This document shows, one piece after another, positions 53,218 to 64,000 of a stretch of DNA of 64,000 bases; position 1 is the first letter of the stretch, and each line of letters starts with the position of its first letter. Where the stretch lies: contig OX597818.1 in assembly GCA_951406725.2 (NCBI GenBank), positions 95,356,001 through 95,420,000 of the forward strand. The letters run 5' to 3'. The DNA comes from Octopus vulgaris. Its lineage: Eukaryota. The position numbers were made by a program, and so were the translations under genes. The notes beneath the pieces were generated by a model, which searched no databases, was not told the origin of the DNA, and saw only the letters and a program-made list of their open reading frames with translations.

Positions 53218-55554
53218 TACAGTATTTGTAAACAAACACCACCATCATGCCAGTGTTGTTGTTTGTTTCCAGTCTTCCTTGAAAACATGTCAGGTCATAG
53301 GAAAATACTACCTTAGTTGGTAACATATATGGATTAGGCCATAGGAAGGGTATCCATCTGGAGAAAATCTGACTCAACGAATTCTGTCTGACTCATACAA
53401 GCATAGGAAAGTAGACATTTAAAACAATGATGATGATAATGTTGGTGATGGTAGTAGTTAGGACATCTAGCAATAATATTAAAATATTTAATATTTGTGA
53501 TTATGACATCTTTTAAATGTGTTACATCTGTTGGTGGCATGACAATGTTTGTGAATAGTGTTATATTAGTAGCATTCTGATATTAAAACATCTGTTCATT
53601 GAGAATATGACATCTGTTGATTGAGTTAATAAATTTATCACTGGCTTTCAGTCATTTTTTAGTATGAGGAAAAACTCATTGATAATGGTAAATGCTTTGT
53701 CATTGTAATTAAAGCATTTTCTAAAGAATAAGACATTTATTATAAGATATTAGGATAAAACCTCTCTCAACAACCCAAAGATACAGTAACTACACAAATC
53801 TTGGAAACAATATGGTACCTCATCCTCTTATCATGGAAACCGCATTTACAATGCTCAAATGCTTAAATATTCCACAAACACCAGGCCTCACAGGGTTTAA
53901 GGATATCTTATGGTGATCCTACATATATATAACTCTACCAAAGCTCCACCACAAAGACTCAGACACCTCTACTGAACCAAGAAACATTGAATTCCTGGTC
54001 ATTTTCTGATCTTCTACAAAGTAACATCTACATTGTTGTACTACTCACATCTATGAAATACCTCTACTGTTGAGCTACGCACAACATCCAAGACCACAAC
54101 CAAAAAAAATTCATTCAGTTGACTGGTAAATATACTTCCACCAACGGACTACAACTATTGACTTACAGAGGGGTTTGTGTCTTGGCTCTGTTTCTTCTGT
54201 TGCTACTATAATAACATATATTAAATGTGGGATGCCAGCTATTAATTTGTTGTCAGTTATGTTCCTTTATACTGGTGTAGTGAGGCACAAAGAAGCCAGT
54301 GCTATTTTGAAACTGCGAGATCTTGCCTGCAACCATTGCCACACACAAGACAAAAACAAGATCTTGCCTGCAACTATTATTTAAGGAAAAGACATTTTCC
54401 CTCTCATTCTTCTCATGTTGACGCCAAGCAAGACTTTGAAGCTAGGAGCTCACAGTGGACTTTTGTACCGCTGTGATACCACACGCATTGTCTCCAGAGG
54501 TTATTGAACCTCACATGTATGGGATAGAAGGCTAACTATGCACTGCTGTGAAGATGGTTACTGAAAGCAAACCCCTTGTACGAAGCACCTGTGAATAAAC
54601 AGTTATTGAATTTACTCTACCTGAGAGCTTCATTCTTTGTATTTCCAGCTCTTTGAATCAACAGAATAATTATAATGGAAGAAGATACCCCAAAAGTATC
54701 ATAAAAACCTTCCTTCTATTATACAGGCATCTGATCTTCCAATGGCTTGTAGGGCTGTGTCTGACTGAATATAAATGCTGTCAATACTATTTGTTGGTCT
54801 AGTTGTTAGGATGTTGCACTCACAATCACAATTCCCAGACTGACTGGGCATTGTGTTCTTGAGCAAAACACATCATTTCACATTGTTCCAGTCCACTCAG
54901 CTGTATATGGGTAACCTTGTGACAGATTGACATACAAGGGTGAGATTGGGACCCAGGAAAATCATCCAAATAGAGGTCTCATGGGCCATGTTTTGTATTC
55001 GGCAGTTGAAAGGATGAATAGTACAACCTAACTGATTGGGATTGGTTGTTCGACTATGTCGATGATCAAAAGACAACCTGTGATCAGTGGGCAGGAAGTA
55101 TTAAAATACTAGAGTTGGCTTTTTATTATAAATCTTATGAATATGGGGTTACGTACTCAACTGTAGAGTAACAGAGAGCCAGGGCAGTTGAACATAGGGT
55201 CCAAGGAATTGCACCCCATCATGATTTTGTAGGGTTGTTGATCATATTGTTGCAAGCACTTCTATCTTTGTCTTTTAGGTGTGAATCTTGAAACTGAAGT
55301 TTCCACATGACACCTCATGTCCTCTCTATTGTATTACACAAAATACATGTCTTCACTATTGGAAAAACTTTGAACTCTGACCTAGTATAACTCAATATTT
55401 TTCACAAATGTTGTACTCAATCCTTAGTCAAGACACTTGGGTCTACTTAAACTTGATTTGTTGCTTATTGTCATTATTATGTTCCTATCTCCTTTGATAT
55501 TTTATATGAAGATGTGAGAAAACAATAACGAAACCTACTTTTTGTTTATTGCAG

Positions 55555-55690
55555 AAAACGATGCTTTATTTGAGTGCTGCTCCAGATAAATTATTACTTG
55601 GGGCTGAACTGTTTGACTTGAAGAAGAAATACAATGATGGTTATTACAGAGATTTCAACATTGATGACCTGGAGAACTTCCAAGGAGCAG
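55555..55690 (+). CDS. ANO10: Anoctamin-10-like, second coding exon
   Basis: Acceptor tttgtttattgcag ends at 55554. KTMLYLSAAPDKLLLGAELFDLKKKYNDGYYRDFNIDDLENFQGA matches the ANO10 LLGAE..L.K..ND..R.F....NF.G motif. Phase 0 in, phase 1 out; donor GT at 55691. Confidence 0.9.
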
Positions 55691-58600
55691 GTACCAGGAA
55701 ATGTTTAATAATCATATATTTAAAATACTATTTTCTAACTATGATGACAATTTGGTATTGGGGGTTAATGTTTAGATAAGTGTTCAACTCAAACCACGCA
55801 TTTAACCTTGCAGCCAAGATTGTTTTGTTTTTTCATTTTCTTTTTCCATTTTAGTCAGGAAGAAGTGGTACTGCTCATAGCTTTTGCAGGCTTTTCCAGG
55901 ACTGATGAAGTTGATACTATTGATGTTCACATTGACTTATTGTAGGCTGATGTCTGTAGAAAAAATGTAAACAGAAACGTAAAACCTATCTAAGCAGTAC
56001 CATGGTAAAGTTACTGTAATACAAAAGAACACAGGCTAGACTGAATTTTTAGTAGATAGCCTTTCTTGAATTTGAACCTTGAATGTTTAAGCTTGAAAGT
56101 CAAAACCACTAGCAAATAAATACTATATTTGTTAATGTTACCCAGAGATAATTGCCAATACTGATTAATATATTCACTAAATATTAACCAGAGTTAATTT
56201 TGGTTATATCACTGAGCTCTGTTTTAACACCTGCTGACATTGTTTTCCAAGCCAGTTGCTTTTAACACCAGTTTTGGATAGGTGTTGACAGACAAAAAAG
56301 AAAATTTGATTTTTACACCAAAAGGGCCCATGGAATATTCTGGAACTTTTTAGTGAGGTTATAGAAAGGCTGGAGTTCAGCTCCCCATTGGAATTTTTCG
56401 CATTGCAGTTGGGGCCAAATGTCTTTAAACCCACTTTTAATAAAATAATTTTCATCCCTCAACTTTCTCTCTAAGAAATTATTCTTGTTGTAACCAGGGA
56501 CTGTCCTGTATTTATATGAAATCATTGAATTCTCATCTTACAGCAATTTCACAATTTCTTATACACACATATCACACATAAAACAAACTGTACCTATATA
56601 TATATAAATGTTAGGTTGTTATTAATAAACATTGTTGAAGGTAATTCTTTCTTCTCAACCTGTTATTACAGATTGAAATGTAATTCAAAATGAAGGAATT
56701 ATTTCCTTCCTGCCACTAGCCTGAGTTTTCATTTTGTCCAAACAATTATTGCACACACAACCTTTAACTTTCACAAAATAAATCACAATAAGATCCTAAT
56801 TACTGTCAAGGACTTGATTTCAATGCAGTTCCTGTTGAACATGTCACGGTGTCAAAGAGACTTTGTAATGGATAGCACTACAAGAAACCGGCTCAGACAG
56901 GTACATTTCTAGCCTCTAGACCAGAGTTCTTCAACTAAAGTACTGTAACATACTTGCATCCTACGTATATCATGAGAGTGTGCAGCATGGTTCTGTGGGG
57001 AGTTGGAAAATGCCATAATATTTGAGTGTGTTTTTATACCATGCACTGATGCATGTGTTCTTCTTTGAGGCTAAGTTGAACACATGCACATAAGACGGTT
57101 TTAATACTTTTTCCTTTACGTTGTAAAACTTCTTAATAGCTAATGGTGTGCTGTTACACTTTTAGTACCTTACTCCATGTGCTGAAGATAAAAAAAATTT
57201 TTGAAAAATCAATGCTTTATACAATGTTCTAATTATGGCATTACAGCATAGGATTAAGTTGAAATTTAACAGACTATTTTTGCTTATGCTAATTTCAGAA
57301 TGAAGGACAGAGTTGATGGTTTGTTGCGTGCAAAGCAACCATACCTTTGACTCCTAAGTAGGTTATTATTCAGTGGAAATACAGGAAGAGATGTTTGGAT
57401 GGGTTGATATATTGGAGGTGTTGATTTTTTGTAAGTCATTGATGTGAAAAAAAATGTAGAAGAGGCATAAAGAAAGGTCTGGAAACAAGTTATGGTGGAA
57501 ATGAAGTATTTTCATATTTATTTTTCAACCCTGATGTTCTATCAGAAATATTGGAACAAATCTCCCATTAGATTACATACTTTACTCATCCTAAATATTC
57601 AGAGGTTTGCTGGATTTCTTTTTTTTTTTTCCACATTATTTTTTCATATAAAGCAGGTGACCAACGAAAATTCCATTTGGACAGAAATATTTTAATTAAA
57701 TGCAAATTTAAAGGAGTGCTTAGTTATGCCATAAATTACCAATGGTGTTGGCCTTTACTTCCCAAGATCTGCCAGATGTCACATCCTTGATTATTGTCTA
57801 TCATTGTGTTAGCTATTTACATGACATTGGTATATATAGGGCATTTTTTCTGTGCGTATACAAGACTAACAGCAATACAATCACCCTGCTCTATTCACTG
57901 TCTATTGTCTTCATTGTCAATTTGTGTGTAATTTTGCTTTACTTTCCCACAAATTTTTCTATTAATTTCCCTATGCAGTGTTAACTTTGTCACAGGTTAC
58001 ACAAATAAATTAGCAAAACAATGTGGTATTTAGAAGTATTTAGAAGTATTTTGAAGTACCTACCAGTAAGGAACATCTAAGATTTAGTCAATCATTTATT
58101 GTCTTAGGTTCCTTTTGGTGAAATCTTAACAGCATATATTATATTTTTTAATTTTTATAATTACATCATGAAAGAGGTATTTTAGCTATTTAAAAACATA
58201 CAAAAACATACTAATCATTTTCAAACATTTGTTTTTTAGTACATTGTACAATGAAGTGTCAAAATAAAGTTTCATCATGCTTCAGCAACCTAGTCATTAA
58301 CACACTTCCACTGCATCACAAATCACTCGTCAAACAAGTACAACTGTGAAATATTTTAATCATGTTTAGCTGATTAACTCCAATACAAAGACACAACAAT
58401 AAACACAAGAAAACACTAGAACATGGAAAAAAAACAATGGAAATACAAGACTTAAAATAAAATTATACATCAACTGACTGAAGCAAGTAAAAGAATAAAA
58501 GAGTAAGAGAATAGTATTCTGTTGATGTCATACGAATTTAATTAACTTTCAAGAGACTGTAAACTTATTCTTTTGTAAAAATATTTCGAAACATACACGT

Positions 58601-58789
58601 ACAGCTATATATAATAGCATAAGCACCCATTACACACTTGGAGTGGTTGGCATTTGGAAGGGCATCCAGCTGTAGAAACCATGTTAAATCAGACTGGAAC
58701 TAGATGCAGTTCTCTGGTTTACCAGTTCCAGTCAAACCATCTAATCCATGCTAGCATGGAAAGCAGATCCTAAATTATGAGGATGATGG

Positions 58790-58829
<40 letters not shown>

Positions 58830-59952
58830 CTGTGCGCTTTGAGATATTCCAAAAAGGAATTAGTATACAATTGTATACATTACTACCACAAACTTCACTC
58901 ACAGTTTTGTACATCTACAGGTTTGAGTTTAGATTGAATAAGTGAAGTTAACAATGATACCTAAACTCACTCTCATAAAACCCTGTCAGAGAGGTTGCAT
59001 AAAAAGATATTTTGTGCATATATTTGTACAATACACATGGTTTGTAAGTTATTTACTATACATACTGCTCTCTCTTTCTCTCTCTTCCTCTCCTCTCTCC
59101 TTTCTCCTTCTCTCTCTCTCTTCCCCAATGACCTATTGTGGTTAAGCATCCAATTGCTCTTGAAACATCCAATGCAGAATTTCCAAACAACCACACAAGA
59201 ACTAATGATATATACTTGTGTTTATCTCTTACATTATTTCTCTGTATCATAACTAGTAATACTGCTGAGTATAGTAGTTGCTTAACTACTGTACTGGAAG
59301 CAGACTAGATGATGATAATCAACATGGAGCATGGAGCTCTAAATTAAATCATGTCAATCATAAATCAATTTGCACACACAGGCTATGCGCACATATATGC
59401 ACACGCACTCACAGATATTGAAAGTAGGCCACAACATTTCAGATACCATATTTGAGTATTTGAGGAGCTCTCTGGATGTGGTTGTAGGTGTTAGTACATT
59501 GATGTATAGATTGGATACAGGATCCTTTAGAATCTAGGCATATCAACAAGAAGTTAGTGAAGAGACCATCTTCTAGTTTTATCTTGCCTGTTTATACATG
59601 TTTAAAATTTAACCTGAAGATGGTGGACCTATGCTATGATGTAATTTATGAATGCATCAATAAAATGCTACCAAATTTCAAATCCCACATGTATTCTTCT
59701 TACACAGACACACACACACACACATACACACACACATGCACACACACACACACATACACACCAAGGAAGTCATATCCTAATTAGGGATTATATAATTCAA
59801 GGTATTCCACTGGTTTAATCCATATCATATAATGCGAAAATCATTGGTATATATTTAGGATTATTGAAATTATCAATATTGGGGGAAAAAGAAGAAGAGA
59901 GTGGAGAATAAATAGATGTAATTACTAATTCATTTCCTTCTTGTTTTTCCCC

Positions 59953-59993
<41 letters not shown>

Positions 59994-60143
59994 CATATAT
60001 AAATATATATTATATACATGCATATATGTGTGGTATATATATATATATATATATAACAGAGTGATTCAAGGTCTGAGAGTTTCATGCATTGGCACTTATT
60101 GAACTAGTCACAGGTTGAAGGCCTGTGAGTTTATATACCTATA

Positions 60144-60239
<96 letters not shown>

Positions 60240-60489
60240 TATCATTATCATCACCACCTTTGTTGTCTAATGTTTCTTTTGCCAAGCTGTTACAGTTGGA
60301 CACTTCTACAGTTACCAACAAGCCAAAGGTCTGCTCTGAGCCCCAGTGTCTGCTTTAGCATGGTTTCTCTGGCTGGATACCCTATCCAATGCCAACTACT
60401 TTACAGAGTGTACTGGGTTCTTTTCTGATCATGGCATTGGCATTAATGAAGTCACCAAGTACTTGCAAGCCAAGACCCTCTCATGTGAC

Positions 60490-60870
60490 TAGGTTATAGT
60501 ACTGAAGGAGATAAAAGTATGATAGAACAGATGTCTTGCTGAAGAGGGGATACATGGCTCTGATGTAGCCTGGAGAGCTATAATACATAGAAGACTGATA
60601 ACTGAACCCTGATAAACTCCTACTTGCACTCTAAATTCATCACTGTACTCATCATTAACTCTCTCCTTACTGACAACATCCTTGTACAGGGCTTGAAATG
60701 CTCTCACCAGTCATTCATTTATGAGCCTAGCTTTCACAACGAACACTAGATCAGGATGCAAGGGACAATGGCAAAGGCTTTCCCCAGATTGTTGAATGCC
60801 GAATTACAGTGGTTTACTTTTGGCTAAATACTTCTATAATCCTGTAGCAACTTTACTAGAAAGATAACAT
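60490..60870 (-). mobile_element. Decayed RT fragment of the same RTE family
   Basis: EYSDEFRVQVGVYQGSVIS.L.II.LQA matches the 37802 ORF. Confidence 0.8.
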
Positions 60871-60951
60871 CAATAGTACTTTCCCCAGCACAAAAACAGC
60901 CTGCACTCCATCTCAGCTAACTTTCCTATGCATAGACACACACACATGCAT

Positions 60952-61026
<75 letters not shown>

Positions 61027-61360
61027 AACACACACAAACACACACGTATGCACATACACACACTCACACATACACATACACACTCATGTGCGTACATTCA
61101 TATACATTAGTGAGTGGATGAAAGCAAAATAAGCTTTGTATAACTAACACAGAACAGTGCTCAAATGAATGGGGACTTAAAACTTCAGCCTCTTCATCCA
61201 GGGCCATCACCTCTGCATTGAAAGTTAGCTAACTTTACATAATTCTGTTCTTTTTTCTGTAACCTATATTTTGTGCTCCATGTAAACATACATCTCATGC
61301 CTACCTGTATTTATCTGGCCTTTCTACCTACATATAAATTAAATAAATACATATATATAT

Positions 61361-61683
61361 ACTTAATTTTTGTATCTGGTTTGCAAGATTCTTTATGTGA
61401 ATTTGTGTTTTGAAACAAATTTTGTTGTGTCTAGAGAGAGTCATCATGCCAATATAATTAACACATGCACTGGTTCAATTCCACTCATTTATTAAATATC
61501 CCACTAATATTATTATTATTATTATTTTTATTTTTTGTCTTTGTCAAAGCTCTTTACTAAGTCATTGAGACAGTTGCAAAAAGCAATGAAAGAGCTTTGA
61601 CAAAAACAAGAAAAAATTGGATATTTAATAAATGAGTGGAACTGAACCAGTGGTATGATGACTCTCTCTAGACACAACAAAAT
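61361..61683 (-). mobile_element. PLE-derived fold-back element carrying the PLE-type terminal tail
   Basis: Arms ttttgttgtgtctagagagagtcatcat..caaagctcttt / aaagagctttgac..gactctctctagacacaacaaaa. The reverse complement of 61361-61418 resembles the PLE tail at 36116-36172. Confidence 0.8.
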
Positions 61684-62088
61684 ATATCGTTGCTATTATG
61701 CAAAAGTGTTGTAAGTTTAAAACATTGCTTTTTCAGAAAACGAAAAAGTAGTTTCACCATTCTATTTCTTTTTACATTAGCAACAGTTTCAGCTTAGCAA
61801 TAATACTTTGTTGGGTGCATAAAATCGTAACTCCATGCATGTATGATATTTTCAGTCAGAAATATTTTTGCAAAACTCTGATATGTGGGGCTTACTACAC
61901 TTTTGAAAAATGCTAAACTTTGACAATTTCATCTGAAGCAGTTGGAGATACGATAGTTTGACCAAAAGAACTGGCTATTGCAAGCAAAATTAAATATTAA
62001 AAAAAAAAAGCATTTGGCCAAATTTGGACATAGGACAGTTTAACATAATAGCAACTATATGTATCTATGTGTATGTATATATATATGC

Positions 62089-62122
<34 letters not shown>

Positions 62123-62124
<2 letters not shown>

Positions 62125-62255
62125 CTCATGGCTGGCTATATATATATATCATTTAAAAAATGATGATGATGATGATGATATATATATATATATATATCAT
62201 CATCATCATCATCATCATTGTTTAAACGATATATATATATAGCCAGCCATGAGCT
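62123..62255. repeat. Palindrome built largely from microsatellites
   Basis: agctcatggctggc(ta)n..(tga)n(ta)n(tca)n..(ta)n gccagccatgagct. Confidence 0.85.
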
Positions 62256-62703
62256 GTCAACTCACTTTGCTATTTATTCTAAATATACAGTTTTCTAGTC
62301 TCAGATTTTAGTTGAGGATAAGGAGATAAATAAATTGGAAATGGATTACATCCCTATGACCCCTACTGTGTTCCATACTACTCTAAAAAAATTGTAGTCT
62401 GTTCTCTTAGCTATTCCTGCTTCAATAGCAACATGTTAAAATATTTGAGAAAATTATAGTAATGTATCTTATCTGTTGAAATTCCATATTTGTGCAGCTG
62501 AAGATAGCGCTGTATTTAAAAATTGATGTAATGATTGCATTGTTCAATTAAATGGAGCCTCTTGAAATGGTCATGCTGCATTATTACTTGAAATCCTGTT
62601 ACTTATCTTGATTTTATTCACCTTACTTCAAGCTGTGTGGATAATACCAGACTGACTTGTTGCTTCAATTTAATTATATAATTCAACTGAATCTTAATTA
62701 CTT

Positions 62704-62746
<43 letters not shown>

Positions 62747-62769
62747 ACTGTACATATTATATATATATA

Positions 62770-62802
<33 letters not shown>

Positions 62803-62862
62803 CATCATCATCATATATATATATATATATAAATACATGTATACTTATATTGTTTATTGCAG

Positions 62863-63000
62863 AGGACATCAGCTCATTCTTCACCAATACAGAGAAAATC
62901 AAGATAATATATCGCTATCTCTGTGCTCTTCGTGCCCAGCAATCTGACACCCATATCCCTGGATATCCAAATGCAAAACTCTACCCTGGCAAAAGTTTAT
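62863..63000 (+). CDS. ANO10: Anoctamin-10-like, third coding exon (gene continues beyond the window)
   Basis: Acceptor tgtttattgcag ends at 62862. The phase-1 join G+AG=Glu gives EDISSFFTNTEKIKIIYRYLCALRAQQSDTHIPGYPNAKLYPGKSL; IPGYPxAKLYPGKS is characteristic of ANO10. Donor GTAAGT at 63001. Confidence 0.93.
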
Positions 63001-63189
63001 GTAAGTTCTGTATATTTGTTCCAATGTGTTTGTGCGTGTGTGTGAGAGAGAGAGAAAGAGACAGAGACAGACAGATATAGTGTGAAAGAGAGAGAGAGAG
63101 TTTGTGTCTGGATATGGCTATATAGTTACACATACATACATATTTGTATGTGTGTGTGTCTATGAAACTACAGAAGTGTGTGTGTATGT

Positions 63190-63640
63190 GTGTGTGATTG
63201 GTGTGCCAAAACTAATGTAAAAATGGGCTTAATTTTTTAACAAACTATGTGCACATATGATTGTTGTACTTGAAATAAAAGTAGGCCTCACTTTTCTGAG
63301 TGTGTATAATGATTGTACTAAAAGTAATGCATAAATGAGTGAAATTTTTCAGTGTGTGCAAACAGCAGACATCCTGAAAGTAATGCATAAATCAGCTTAA
63401 CCTTTTTGTCTGCACATATAATAGCTGTACCAAAACTAATACAAAACTGGGCTTAACTGTTTAGCAAATTATTGTGAGCGTGTATATATGTGCAAGAATG
63501 CATGTGTGTGTTTGTATGTGTGCATGTGTGCGTGTACAAGGATTGTACCGTAAAGTAATGCAAATGTGGGTTTCACATTGTAGCAAAAGCAATAAAAAAG
63601 TGGGTTTGACTTTTTAACAAACTTTGTGTGTGTTTGTGTG
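63190..63640. repeat. Degenerate ~55-65-bp minisatellite
   Basis: Recurrent gattgtac.aaagtaatgca.aaat.ggcttaac units. Confidence 0.6.
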
Positions 63641-63761
63641 TGTGTGTGTGTGTTGTATTCAAAGAGATATGAAGACTTGCATTTAACAATGGAACAAATG
63701 AATCACTTACAATTGAGACTATCTTGAGCTGTACTTTTATATAATATAATAATAATAAAAC

Positions 63762-63843
<82 letters not shown>

Positions 63844-64000
63844 TGTGTACAGTGCTCAGGTGCACTACAACTCATCTAAAGTGTATATATAATCAGGTGT
63901 AGTTATATAGAGAAAGAGTTTCTCTATCGACAGATGTAACTTGATGTAATAAAAAGCTATGTCCACTTTTGTATTACTTTTGATACGACCTTGTGTGCCT

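Larger units (their letters stand above)
55691..62862 (+). other. ~7.2 kb phase-1 intron of the ANO10-like gene
   Basis: GT...AG boundaries with compatible phases. Confidence 0.85.

Noticed and set aside
54270-54665. Solo LTR (TG..CA, AATAAA, internal duplication gatcttgcctgcaac)
   Set aside because: No matching TSD, second LTR or PBS/PPT could be identified.

Overview
This is AT-rich, microsatellite-dense eukaryotic DNA. Its SINE/LINE repertoire resembles an octopod cephalopod genome (inference). The only host gene found is an anoctamin-10 (ANO10/TMEM16K)-like gene on the + strand. It has three coding exons (2990-3172, 55555-55690, 62863-63000) with canonical GT-AG sites and matching phases, separated by a ~52.4 kb and a ~7.2 kb intron; the gene continues beyond the window. 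The introns hold two long RTE-clade LINEs, one nearly intact with a PHD-like Cys/His insert and a modular tail that recurs >10 times in the window. They also hold RTE, CR1/L2-like and R4/Dong-like fragments, mariner/Tc1 relics, non-autonomous Helitron-like elements, several SINE families and a Penelope-like GIY-YIG element bounded by a perfect 81-bp inverted repeat. The most unusual signal is a set of long fold-back palindromes, mostly abutting (TA)n tracts and with mutually unrelated arm sequences. One carries a hammerhead-ribozyme motif in each arm. Another shares its terminal tail with the Penelope-like element. Together with further dispersed hammerhead-like motifs, this suggests a Penelope-driven source of long intronic dsRNA hairpins and ribozymes. 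Most ORFs in the supplied track are microsatellite artefacts.
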